A DNA stretch of 64,000 nt from NCBI GenBank assembly GCA_022447545.1, contig JAKVBI010000017.1:69512-133511 (forward strand), given 5' to 3'. This document shows, piece by piece, positions 9,068 to 17,774 of this stretch (position 1 is the stretch's first letter; every line of letters starts with the position of its first letter). A program made the translations under genes and the position numbers. This stretch comes from Myxococcota bacterium (GTDB taxonomy: Bacteria; Myxococcota_A; UBA9160; SMWR01). A model generated the notes under the pieces. The model made no database searches, was not told where the DNA came from, and saw nothing but the letters and a program-made list of their open reading frames with translations.

Positions 9068-10561
9068 TCAGGAGGAGGCTCTCTGCGCGTCTTGGTTTGT
9101 CGCGGGTGCGATGGTGTTCGATTGGAGCATCCGCCGAGAAGCTGACTCTACTGGCGTGCCGTCAAAAAAGGACGGGTTCGCGCTTCCATGGAGTCGCACC
9201 GGGTTTTCGAACGTGAACTCCCTGAGGTCCTCTTCGTTGATGGTGCCTCGGTCGACCATCTCGTAGACCTCTTCTACGACGCGATCCATCTCGATCACGT
9301 CCCAATGCCCGATGTCGGACCCGAACATTGCCCGGAGTCTGGCCTGAAACGGGTTTACTCGCTCATCGAATGCCCATGCGCTGACGGGATCATCCGCTTC
9401 GCATCCGAAATAGAAGGAGCGAGTGAATCGCTCCCTGAAGTCGGACGCGTTGGAAATCTGCAGGGCGGCGAATTCGTCGAGTTCGTCGTGATCGATGGGG
9501 GCGCCGAGTAGCCCCACGCTCATCTGGTGGGGCTCTCCTGGAAACGGGCGATCCCCATAGCGCTGGATCAGATCGAGAAACTGCGGTCGGTCGAGCTTGG
9601 ATGGATCGAGGTTTTCCAGTGCTGTGGGGTTTCGTTTTTCCCAGTGGCCAATCATGTCTGCGTATTGATTGCATGCCCACCCGACCCCACATTCGAGGAA
9701 GCCGAAATTCAGATCCGGAAAACGCTGGCTCACCCCCCCCAGGAGGATGGATTTGCAGAGGAGGCTCTGTTGGTAGGCGTGAGTGCCGATGTGGTTGAAC
9801 ATGTGATTCGAGATCGAGCGGCCGTGCCAGGGAAGGTTGGAGACGACACCTCCGTGTGAAGTTACGGACACTCGAAGCTCGAGGCATTGGGCCCAGAAAG
9901 GGTCATAGTCGTAGGCACTATCCAGCCCGTAGTTGTCCAGCCAACCGGCATCCGGATAGGCGTCTGGGTGCTCTCGGTGCAATGCGGGGATGGGGCGCCA
10001 GACACCCGGGGGGATGGAGATGGCCTTGAGTCCCAGTTCTCCCACCGCGTGTTGGAGTTCGTCGATGGCCTCCTCGGGGGTGTGCATGGGGATCACCGCC
10101 GCCGGGGTCATGCGATCGGAATAGTCGCCGTAGGTGCAGGCCGCGTATCGATTGAAGGCGCGGATGGTGGCGCGTCGGATTTCGGCGTCGGGTTGGGTCG
10201 GGAGGATGAGTCCCAGGCCGGGGTAGAGGATGGTGAAGTCGATCCCCAGTTCGTCCATGCGCTCGTGAAGCAGTCGTGGTAGCAATGGGGTGGCACAGTC
10301 TCTTGCGCTGCGAGTCGGCATCGCCCACCAACTGCCCTTGACCCGACGCTCGTCGCGGCGCTTTGCTTCGTCCAGGCCGTCGCCTCCGAGCCAGCGCGGG
10401 CCCGCATACAATCCAGTCGCGACCTGGTCGGCCAATTCGGAACCCGCTGTTTCCGCCAGGATCTCGAGGTAGTGGGGGAGCAACTCGATCAGGTGTCCGT
10501 CGCAATCGACGATGGGATGACCGAGCTGCTCTCGGATTTCCTGGGACCGGGTTCGGGGCAC
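9068..10561 (-). CDS. amidohydrolase-2 family metal-dependent hydrolase/decarboxylase
   Basis: 497 aa. N-terminal IVDCDGHLIE (the DxH metal motif typical of the ACMSD/LigW-type family). GTG start at 10561 is preceded by GGGAGGA at 7 nt. Confidence 0.8.
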   Translation of the reverse strand: MPRTRSQEIREQLGHPIVDCDGHLIELLPHYLEILAETAGSELADQVATGLYAGPRWLGGDGLDEAKRRDERRVKGSWWAMPTRSARDCATPLLPRLLHERMDELGIDFTILYPGLGLILPTQPDAEIRRATIRAFNRYAACTYGDYSDRMTPAAVIPMHTPEEAIDELQHAVGELGLKAISIPPGVWRPIPALHREHPDAYPDAGWLDNYGLDSAYDYDPFWAQCLELRVSVTSHGGVVSNLPWHGRSISNHMFNHIGTHAYQQSLLCKSILLGGVSQRFPDLNFGFLECGVGWACNQYADMIGHWEKRNPTALENLDPSKLDRPQFLDLIQRYGDRPFPGEPHQMSVGLLGAPIDHDELDEFAALQISNASDFRERFTRSFYFGCEADDPVSAWAFDERVNPFQARLRAMFGSDIGHWDVIEMDRVVEEVYEMVDRGTINEEDLREFTFENPVRLHGSANPSFFDGTPVESASRRMLQSNTIAPATNQDAQRASS

Positions 10562-10572
10562 AGAAATTCCTC

Positions 10573-10590
10573 CCGACGCCTTGGCGTCGG
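10573..10590. promoter_or_regulatory. perfect 18-bp palindrome CCGACGCC-TT-GGCGTCGG abutting the SD of the 9068..10561 gene
   Basis: Read directly from the sequence. The arms are 10573-10580 and 10583-10590. On the minus-strand mRNA the palindrome is immediately 5' of, and overlaps, GGGAGGA. It is either an operator or a 5'-UTR hairpin. Confidence 0.35.
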
Positions 10591-10823
10591 CGACATTCTA
10601 CCGATTCCGACATGGGCCCGAAGGGGACCCGGTCAGCGGTAGCCCTCAGCCCCTCATTCGTATCGTAAGGCCTGGTTGCGACTCTGGATGGATTTGAAGG
10701 GGTATCAATTTGATCCCACCCCGGTAGCGTCTTGGTTCCGAACGTGTCTCGGTCGTTCCCAACGCGCAGTGAAGCTCATTCTGACGGACTTAGAGGTCGA
10801 AGCTTCCTGGCACGCGCCTTGAA

Positions 10824-10841
10824 ATAGCCCGCGGATAGCCC
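10824..10841 (+). promoter_or_regulatory. direct repeat ATAGCCC x2 with 11-bp phasing upstream of 10878..11771
   Basis: ATAGCCCgcggATAGCCC. The first copy abuts a TTGAAA hexamer (10819-10824). The repeat lies 37-54 nt upstream of the ATG. Statistical support is weak. Confidence 0.2.
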
Positions 10842-10877
10842 ACGCCTGATGCCTGGGCAATCACGGGAGAAGGAACC

Positions 10878-11771
10878 ATGAACCGGACTCTAGCCAGCCT
10901 CTGGGCCGTCGTCGGATTCTGCTCGGCGTGTCATCTCGAACCGACGGGAGGGCGAAGCGTGGTCGATTTCATCGGGGACGCCGAGTTGGTGGTGCTCGCC
11001 GAAGTCATCGATGTCTCTTATGCGGACTCAGAGGGTGAGGTTCAAATCCCTCATACCTATGTCACCTACGCGATCGACGAAGTTTTGAAGGGGCATTACG
11101 AGGAGCCCCACCGGAATCTGGTGCTCCGACTGGCCGGTGGAGTCGGGCGTTTGGAGATCGACCTCACCGACCTCCACAACGAAACGCTTCCCGCTGAGGT
11201 GGAGGTCGACGAAGAGCGCGGCGTGGCCTTCGTGGAAGATGCGATTTTCGGAGTGTCGGAAACGACGCTTTTCGATCCGGGAGAGCGGAGTGTTCTGATG
11301 ATCCGCCGCAATGGCGAAGTGCAGTGTCCGCTGGTGGGGTGTGCCGACGGGCGCTTCCGAGTGGTGAATGGCTTCGTCTTCACCGAGGACGGGCGCGAAT
11401 TGTCGATTCATCCCAACGGAGAGATCGTGGTCGGGGGCGCTCATTCCCTATACGAAGTGGAGCACAATCTCGTGGGCGGATACGAGGTGCGATACGCGGG
11501 CGGCGGGGACGCGAGTGGATCGGGCGACGGCTCCGAAGGCGAGGGCTACCGGGTCTATCCGGCGGGTGAGTCTCTTCGACTCGATGATTTTCTCGCATGG
11601 ATCCGGCTCCAGGTCGAAGCGGAATCCAACATCGGCGGAGAGGTGCCTTCCCTTGCGGTTCCAAATCTGGTCCCAGGCGAACCCTTCCAGGTTCCCGCGC
11701 CGACTGCCAAACCCTTCGGGGGTCTGCAAGAGGCGCCCGTGGTTTCGGCGCCGGAAGAGGAGGGTGCGTGA
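10878..11771 (+). CDS. secreted/lipoprotein-like hypothetical protein with an acidic Gly/Ser-rich segment
   Basis: 297 aa. SD GGGAGAAGGA. N-terminus MNRTLASLWAVVGFCSAC is signal plus a lipobox-like Cys. No family recognised. Confidence 0.65.
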   Translation: MNRTLASLWAVVGFCSACHLEPTGGRSVVDFIGDAELVVLAEVIDVSYADSEGEVQIPHTYVTYAIDEVLKGHYEEPHRNLVLRLAGGVGRLEIDLTDLHNETLPAEVEVDEERGVAFVEDAIFGVSETTLFDPGERSVLMIRRNGEVQCPLVGCADGRFRVVNGFVFTEDGRELSIHPNGEIVVGGAHSLYEVEHNLVGGYEVRYAGGGDASGSGDGSEGEGYRVYPAGESLRLDDFLAWIRLQVEAESNIGGEVPSLAVPNLVPGEPFQVPAPTAKPFGGLQEAPVVSAPEEEGA

Positions 11772-11842
11772 TGGCGGTTCGAGTCCGAAATCGTTCGAGT
11801 GTTCTAGTCGAAGCTAAACAGCCCCGTCACTTCGGGAGGAAA

Positions 11843-12925
11843 ATGACGATGAAAGTCCTACTTGCCTCGTTCTTTCTGACCTGCTTGCTGGCAGTTTCAG
11901 GACAGGCCTACACGGTGAAGACTTCGTGCGGATCCGAGGTCAAATGGGGGTCCGGTTCAGCCACCATGAGAATGGCTTCCGGGACGTTCCCTGCAGGTTC
12001 GGTTGCTCGGGACGTGATGCGTGCGGTGAGGGATGCCTGGAACGATGGTCCTGCCAATTTCAACTTCTCTCTCAGTTGGGGCGATTCTTCGGTTAGGACC
12101 GGAAATTTTCAGAATGAGGTCTGGGCGACCGGAAGCGAATATTGGCTGTCCGGGCACAGCGGAGTGACCGTCTATTGGCACGTTTGTGGATCCATGATCG
12201 AGGCGGATGTCCTTCTGGACTTGGACCACTCCTGGTATGTGGGGGAAGCCATGGCTGGATTGATGGCCTACGGCGGCACGAATCCCTCACTCCATACCGT
12301 GGGGATTCACGAATTCGGGCACGTACTGGGGCTCCATCACGAGAGTGGCACGTACAACGTGATGGGAGACGATTCGACGCATATTCACCTGAACAAGGGT
12401 CAGGCGACTTTCTATGCCGGAGAGGACGCAGCGAACGGCGCGGTTGATCTATATGGATCCGTGTCGAGCAACGTCACGGACCTCGGAGTCGTTCACTGGC
12501 GCCACGTGGGATCCTCGGGCGGATACAGCATTCACGACTGGACCCGCGTGTTGAGAAACTCCGGTGGCTCGAGTTACGGATGGTTCGAAAATCCCGATGG
12601 CTACCGCGTCTATGCGGTGCCGGCGCAGACGGAAGTCTTTCTCGAAGTCAGCTTCGAGAACAACGGCAACGCCTCCCGCTCACCGCTGGTTTGGTACGTG
12701 GTTTCGAGCAACGACAACATCACGGTCTCTGACACGTTGCTGGATACGCGAACCATTACTGTGGGTCGAAACACCGTCTATACAACGGATCGTGGCCTGA
12801 CCCTTCCGGCCACTCTCACGAAGGGCTCGACCTATTTTCTGGGTGCCATCGTGGACCCTCATGACACCATCACCGAGTGGGATGAAGGAAACAACTCCAC
12901 TCCCGTTGCGATCTGGGTCTACTGA
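11843..12925 (+). CDS. secreted metzincin (matrixin-like) zinc metalloprotease with a C-terminal CARDB-like domain
   Basis: Start at ATG 11843 (GGGAGGA upstream; MTMKVLLASFFLTCLLAVSGQA signal). Zinc motif HEFGHVLGLHH matches HExxHxxGxxH. The C-terminal ...DPHDTITEWDEGNNS resembles the CARDB signature. The upstream 82 codons of track ORF 11597.. overlap the previous gene. Confidence 0.8.
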   Translation: MTMKVLLASFFLTCLLAVSGQAYTVKTSCGSEVKWGSGSATMRMASGTFPAGSVARDVMRAVRDAWNDGPANFNFSLSWGDSSVRTGNFQNEVWATGSEYWLSGHSGVTVYWHVCGSMIEADVLLDLDHSWYVGEAMAGLMAYGGTNPSLHTVGIHEFGHVLGLHHESGTYNVMGDDSTHIHLNKGQATFYAGEDAANGAVDLYGSVSSNVTDLGVVHWRHVGSSGGYSIHDWTRVLRNSGGSSYGWFENPDGYRVYAVPAQTEVFLEVSFENNGNASRSPLVWYVVSSNDNITVSDTLLDTRTITVGRNTVYTTDRGLTLPATLTKGSTYFLGAIVDPHDTITEWDEGNNSTPVAIWVY

Positions 12926-12935
12926 TTGCACGGGA

Positions 12936-12983
12936 GCCTCCCCAATCCCGGCCTGCCTGATCGGGGTTGGGGAGGCGGTTTTC
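12936..12983 (+). terminator. Rho-independent terminator after the metalloprotease gene
   Basis: 15-bp stem GCCTCCCCAATCCCG (12936-12950) pairs with CGGGGTTGGGGAGGC (12962-12976) with one G-U pair. The loop is 11 nt. GGTTTTCGG follows. Confidence 0.65.
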
Positions 12984-12993
12984 GGCCTTGCTC

Positions 12994-13896
12994 TCAGGTT
13001 TCGCGCTGCTGAACCTCGAAGATCGTGCGAACCCGGGAGGGCCCGACCTGGCAGGGGCGCGGGTCGTGGCGCGCCCACCGCGCGGCTCGACCGCGGATCA
13101 GGGTATCTCCGCGCGGGCTCTTGGCTACGAGATCCGTGTAGGTGAAGGCATCAGCTGCCGCGTAGGTCTGAAGCAGGAGCGGCCGTTCGCAGTTCGAGTG
13201 GTTGGGGGCTGATCCGTGGACCGTGCGGCAATTGTGAATGGTAAGTGTCCCCGCCGATCCGGTGGGAAACACAGCGCGCTCGATCTTCGCCCGTTCGACA
13301 TCGGCGTCTGATAGACACCCCACCCAGTCGTCGCCCTCGTATTGGTCGAAGAGTTCTCGCTCGTGACTTCCGGGCACGAAACCCACATTCCCCATGTCCT
13401 CGCTGACGTCACTCAAGAAGACGCCGATGGTGAGCGGGCTGTAGTTGGTGTGGGGCCAGAACTGAATGTCCTGATGCCAGCGAACCTCTTCACCGCCGTG
13501 TGGGGCTTTGAAGTTCAATTTGCTGTGGTGAAATTTGATGTCGGGTCCGATGAGATCTTCGACGACGTCCACGAGAACCGATTCGCTGATGAATTCCCAG
13601 AAGGTGGGGTGGAGGTCCGCGGGTGAAACCAGCCTTCGGAGGCGCGGTGTTTCGGAAGTGTGACCCTGTTCGAGGTCGAAGAGTGGGTTGGATTCGGTGA
13701 GGGTACGGCTCTTCTCGATGAATTCGTCGGTTGCCTTTCGGAGTCGGTCCAGCCAGCTCGAATCCACGAGACCCTCGGCGACCACGAATCCATCGTGCTC
13801 GTAGGCCCGCACCTGGCTCTTCGAGAGGACCTTGGGACGTTGGGCTCGGCCCAGAGTGATGGGAGAGAGTTCTTCGGGCGCGGTCGGCGAAGTCAT
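12994..13896 (-). CDS. phytanoyl-CoA dioxygenase (PhyH) family Fe(II)/2-oxoglutarate oxygenase
   Basis: LSKSQVRAYEHDGFVV..., WHQDIQFW (HxD) and GFVPGSHE are all typical of PhyH. I prefer ATG 13896 (300 aa). The track ORF extends to 14139 with an atypical N-terminus. Confidence 0.8.
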   Translation of the reverse strand: MTSPTAPEELSPITLGRAQRPKVLSKSQVRAYEHDGFVVAEGLVDSSWLDRLRKATDEFIEKSRTLTESNPLFDLEQGHTSETPRLRRLVSPADLHPTFWEFISESVLVDVVEDLIGPDIKFHHSKLNFKAPHGGEEVRWHQDIQFWPHTNYSPLTIGVFLSDVSEDMGNVGFVPGSHERELFDQYEGDDWVGCLSDADVERAKIERAVFPTGSAGTLTIHNCRTVHGSAPNHSNCERPLLLQTYAAADAFTYTDLVAKSPRGDTLIRGRAARWARHDPRPCQVGPSRVRTIFEVQQRET

Positions 13897-14125
13897 GAAT
13901 TTCCGAACCTGGTGTTTCCCGGTACTGAAGGGTGCCGTCGACCAGAATACCACGCCGCTGGGACCCCCGAGTCGAACAGGAGCTATCGTGTGAACCGGCA
14001 CCGGGCGTGGACGTTTCGAGACATCGTGCATGGGGAGAGGGGATTGCTCCTGAGCGATCCTCCGGCCTAGGATGGAAGATCCAGCCGCGCATCCCCCCAC
14101 AGAACCCACCCCGCAAGAGAGGCCC

Positions 14126-14596
14126 ATGAGTTCCGACAAGCCCTTCGACCTGGCGCGGTCACGATGCGACGCCCAGACCCAAGCAAATCTCGATCAGGTT
14201 GAACGTTTCTTCGGCGCGCTGGATGCCATGGATTTCGCCGCGGTGGGTGCAATGTTCAGCGCTGACGGTCTCTACCGCGACATGCCCGTGGTGCCTGATT
14301 CCGATGCACGCGGGCCCGCAGCCATCGAGAAGAAACTCACCCAGGCTCTGGGGGGATTGGATGCTTTCGTCACGGGCGTCACGAGAGTGCTTGCTCAGGG
14401 CGATGTGGTCATGACCGAAAGGGTCGAGGTCTGGCACCTGCCCAGCGGTGAGAAGCCTGCGTTACCCGTCATGGCCATCCACGAACTCGAGGAGGGGAAA
14501 ATTACCGCGTGGCGCGAGTACTGGGACATGGCCACCTTCGTCGGGCAGTTGCCTGCTTCGTGGATGGAGGAACTGGCCCGACGCCGGGAAGCCTGA
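14126..14596 (+). CDS. NTF2-fold protein, limonene-1,2-epoxide-hydrolase-like / SnoaL-like
   Basis: 156 aa from ATG 14126 (AGAGAGG SD). The pattern LDQVERFFGALDAMDFAAVGAMFSADGLYRDMP...GKITAWREYWD is typical of the LEH/SnoaL group. Confidence 0.65.
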   Translation: MSSDKPFDLARSRCDAQTQANLDQVERFFGALDAMDFAAVGAMFSADGLYRDMPVVPDSDARGPAAIEKKLTQALGGLDAFVTGVTRVLAQGDVVMTERVEVWHLPSGEKPALPVMAIHELEEGKITAWREYWDMATFVGQLPASWMEELARRREA

Positions 14597-14645
14597 ATCC
14601 CAGCCGCATTGCCTCAGTATCCTCGTGCGCTCCCCGATGGAAGCG

Positions 14646-15830
14646 TCAGGTGGGCACTTCGGACATCTCCAGATGCAGGGCCTTCCCGTGGTAGGGGTGC
14701 GCCCGTGCGATTTCTTCGTTCAATTCCACGCCGAGCCCGGGCTCATCAGGAGGGATGACATATCCCTCTTCCCATTGGATGGGTCGTTCAAGGAGCTCGG
14801 CGTGAAAGCCGCCCCAGGTCTGGATTCCTTCGAGGATCAGGAAGTTCGGGCTACAGGTGCTGATCTGGATGTTCGCTGCACCCTCGATGGGCCCACAGTA
14901 GAGGTGCGGTGCAATCTGGGCTTGGTGGGCTTCCGCCATACCGGCGATCTTCTTGGCCTCGAGGAGTCCTCCGACGCGTCCGAGGGCCATCTGTAGGATG
15001 GACGCGGCCTGACTCTCCAGCACGCGGGCGAACTCGTATTTGGTGGTCAATCGTTCGCCCGTCGCGATGGGGATGGAGGTCTGTCGCGCGACCCGGGCCA
15101 TCTCCATGGGGTTTTCGGGGGGGGTCGGCTCTTCGAACCAGAGCGGGTCGTAGGGCTCGAGTTGCCGGGCCAGGCGAATCGCGCCGGCCGCAGTGAATTG
15201 TCCGTGAGTTCCCAGAAGGAGGTCGGCTCGCGTCCCCACGGCTTCGCGGATTCTTCTCAGGAATTCCACGGAACGTGCGATGTCTTCCAGGCTCGGTTGC
15301 CTGCCGTCGTACACCGAGTAGGGACCTGCCGGGTCGAATTTGACCGCGGTGAAGCCGAGGTCGACGTACTCTGCTGCCCGCTGAGCCGAGCGATCCGCGT
15401 CGCCGTAGAAATCGTCGGTCTCTCCCTCGTCGGGGTAGAGGTAGGTATAGGTTCGCAAGCGCTCGTGTACCTGGCCGCCCAGGAGTTCGTAGACGGGTTT
15501 GTTCAGTTCTTTGCCGATGATGTCCCAGCAGGCCATCTCGATTCCGCTCAGGACACCCATGAGAGATACGTCCGGTCGTAGCGTATAACCCGAGCCATAG
15601 ACGTTGCGCCAAAGCTTTTCGATCTTGAAGGGGTCGGTACCGATCACGCGTCGCTCGCAGACGTCTTCAATCATCCTGGTCATGGTGTGTGGGCCGAACG
15701 TGGCACCGTAGACCTCTCCCACGCCTTTGACGCCGCCATCGGTTGTAAGGATCAGGAAAACGAAGTATTGGCCGCCGAAGTGGGGCGGCGGATTGGCGAC
15801 GACGTGTGTTGCGACCTCGGTGATTTTCAT
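14646..15830 (-). CDS. enolase-superfamily enzyme (mandelate racemase/muconate-lactonizing, sugar-acid-dehydratase-like)
   Basis: 394 aa. MKITEV...GVGEVYG...IEMACWDIIGKELNKPVYELLGG and the downstream barrel-domain pattern. It lies 14 nt after the upstream gene. Confidence 0.85.
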   Translation of the reverse strand: MKITEVATHVVANPPPHFGGQYFVFLILTTDGGVKGVGEVYGATFGPHTMTRMIEDVCERRVIGTDPFKIEKLWRNVYGSGYTLRPDVSLMGVLSGIEMACWDIIGKELNKPVYELLGGQVHERLRTYTYLYPDEGETDDFYGDADRSAQRAAEYVDLGFTAVKFDPAGPYSVYDGRQPSLEDIARSVEFLRRIREAVGTRADLLLGTHGQFTAAGAIRLARQLEPYDPLWFEEPTPPENPMEMARVARQTSIPIATGERLTTKYEFARVLESQAASILQMALGRVGGLLEAKKIAGMAEAHQAQIAPHLYCGPIEGAANIQISTCSPNFLILEGIQTWGGFHAELLERPIQWEEGYVIPPDEPGLGVELNEEIARAHPYHGKALHLEMSEVPT

Positions 15831-15844
15831 GGATGTCTCGAGGG

Positions 15845-16924
15845 CTACGGCTCTACGGTGATGGAGATGGCGGGCCGATCCTCGGGAGTGGCGAGGGTTC
15901 GAACCGCTTCCACGGCGGATTCCAGGGGGAAGTGGTGGGTGTGGAGCTTCTCGATGGGGACCTCGCCGGATTCGATCAGACGCACCGCGCGTTGGAAACT
16001 CTGGTAGTCGACGGCTCGAACTCCTTTGAGGGTCTGGTAGCGCAGGGCAACGTCATCCGTCGGGAAATCGGAGATTCCACGACCCTTGAGGCCTGCGAGG
16101 ACGATGGTGCCGCCCAGACGGGCCATCCGAACTGCGTCGATGACAGGTTGGGTGGCGTGAGGCGTTGTGTCCACCACCACGTCGACACCTCTGCCGTCTG
16201 TTTCCTCGAGGATGCGCTCGAGCGCGGACTCGCGCTCGACGTCGATCACCACGTGGGCACCGAAATCGCGTGCGAGGGTCAGTTTGTGCGAGTCCCGTGA
16301 TCCGAGTCCCGTGACATGAATTTGACTGGCACCCGCCGCGGCAGCTGCGATCACGCAGGCCAGACCGCGTTGGCCGGGGCCGAGGATTGCGATCGAATCT
16401 CCGAACTGCAGTCCTGGCGCCGTGACCGCCCAGGCGAAGCCAGCGCCCAACGGGTTGTAGAGAGCTGCGACACGCGGTTCGATCCCGCTGGAGATCTTGT
16501 GAGGGACGGAACCGGGCGCCAGGTACATCATCTCCGCGTAACCGCCCCAGAGCGCCGGTGCCATGGCTGTGGGCATGAATCCGTGGGAGCCGGGTGACAC
16601 GACGCATGCCTGTTGATCCATGCAGCCACGGCAACGTCCACACCCGAAGTCGGACTGAACGACCACGCGATCGCCGACTTCTACCCCCCAGCGTCGAGCT
16701 GCCCGAGGGCCGATTTCTTCGATTAACCCCACGGGTTCGTGCCCGGGGATCACGGGATAGGGGAGTTTCATGACGCCGTTGAAGGTCTCGGCGTCGGTCC
16801 CGCAGATTCCACAGGCTTCGATTCGAAGCAGGCCATCGTTTTCGCGGATTTCGGGCCGCTCGAAACTCTGGAACTCGAGTTGTTCCGGTCCGGTCTGAAC
16901 CATTGCCCGGATGTCGCTGCTCAT
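15845..16924 (-). CDS. Zn-dependent medium-chain alcohol dehydrogenase (MDR) family
   Basis: ATG 16924 with GGGAGGTGAC upstream. RIEACGICGTD...PGHEPVG Zn motifs. Close paralogue of 38685..39785. Confidence 0.85.
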   Translation of the reverse strand: MSSDIRAMVQTGPEQLEFQSFERPEIRENDGLLRIEACGICGTDAETFNGVMKLPYPVIPGHEPVGLIEEIGPRAARRWGVEVGDRVVVQSDFGCGRCRGCMDQQACVVSPGSHGFMPTAMAPALWGGYAEMMYLAPGSVPHKISSGIEPRVAALYNPLGAGFAWAVTAPGLQFGDSIAILGPGQRGLACVIAAAAAGASQIHVTGLGSRDSHKLTLARDFGAHVVIDVERESALERILEETDGRGVDVVVDTTPHATQPVIDAVRMARLGGTIVLAGLKGRGISDFPTDDVALRYQTLKGVRAVDYQSFQRAVRLIESGEVPIEKLHTHHFPLESAVEAVRTLATPEDRPAISITVEP

Positions 16925-16968
16925 GTCACCTCCCGTAGATTCCGGGTCCATGATAAGGGCCGTGAACC

Positions 16969-16974
16969 TATAAT
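16969..16974 (+). promoter_or_regulatory. TATAAT -10 hexamer placed 6 nt before the GTG start of the nitroreductase gene (leaderless-transcript candidate)
   Basis: A perfect TATAAT at 16969-16974. There is no SD between it and GTG 16981. No good -35 is seen. Confidence 0.3.
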
Positions 16975-16980
16975 ACGCGC

Positions 16981-17637
16981 GTGAGTCCCGAACTCTCGAT
17001 CGATGCATTGCTGACGACGACGCGTACTGTGCGCAAGCGTCTCGATTTTGAGCGTCTCGTAGAACGCGCAGTGCTCGAGGAGTGCCTCGAAATCGCGCTC
17101 CAGGCGCCGAACGGCTCGAACCATCAGCAGTGGCGATGGGTCGTCATAGACGATCGTGAACGAATCGAGAATGCAGCTGAAATCTACCGATCGGCCATGG
17201 ATCAGTACGTGGAGGATATCGCGGCCGGGCGCGAGCAATACCTGCGTGGTGGATCTCGCTCAGAACAGATTGGGGAGTCGGTGGAGTACCTGAAGTTGAA
17301 TATGCACAGGGTCCCCGTTCTCCTCGTTCCAGTTCAGGAGGACCGCTTCGACGTTCACCGCAAGGGAGCGGCAGGCACGTATCATCAGGCGAGTCAGTGG
17401 GGTTCGATTCTTCCTGCGGTCTGGAATTTCATGCTCGCTCTGCGCAGTCGGGGCCTCGGGAGCGCATGGACGACGATTCACTTGTTGCGTGAGCGTGAGA
17501 TGGCGGAACTTCTCGGTATCCCCTACGAGAGACACGTCCAGGCGGGCTTGTTTCCCATCGCCTACACGATGGGTTCGGAATTCCGGCGTGCGGCGCGCAG
17601 ACCGGTGGATGAAGTGATCAGCTACAACCAGTGGTGA
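16981..17637 (+). CDS. nitroreductase family protein
   Basis: 218 aa. The N-terminus IDALLTTTRTVRKRLDFERLVERAVLEECLEIALQAPNGSNHQQWRWVVI is typical of nitroreductases. GTG start. Confidence 0.8.
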   Translation: MSPELSIDALLTTTRTVRKRLDFERLVERAVLEECLEIALQAPNGSNHQQWRWVVIDDRERIENAAEIYRSAMDQYVEDIAAGREQYLRGGSRSEQIGESVEYLKLNMHRVPVLLVPVQEDRFDVHRKGAAGTYHQASQWGSILPAVWNFMLALRSRGLGSAWTTIHLLREREMAELLGIPYERHVQAGLFPIAYTMGSEFRRAARRPVDEVISYNQW

Positions 17638-17774
17638 GAACTCTCAGGAATTGCTCTCGGTGGTTCCGAGGGAGGGTTGCGTTGAAGGCTATGCCCATTC
17701 TTCCATACCTTGTTCCGCGAGACGTTTTTAGCTTTGGTTCTCGATAGGGGTTCCTCACACGAAAGGAGATTTCG

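Noticed and set aside
10562-10877. tRNA, riboswitch or small-RNA gene in the longest spacers (10562-10877, 22874-23128, 57015-57247, 13897-14125)
   Set aside because: I could find no T-loop (GTTCGAATC-like) or cloverleaf complementarity and no recognisable riboswitch core. Absence cannot be proven without covariance-model scans.
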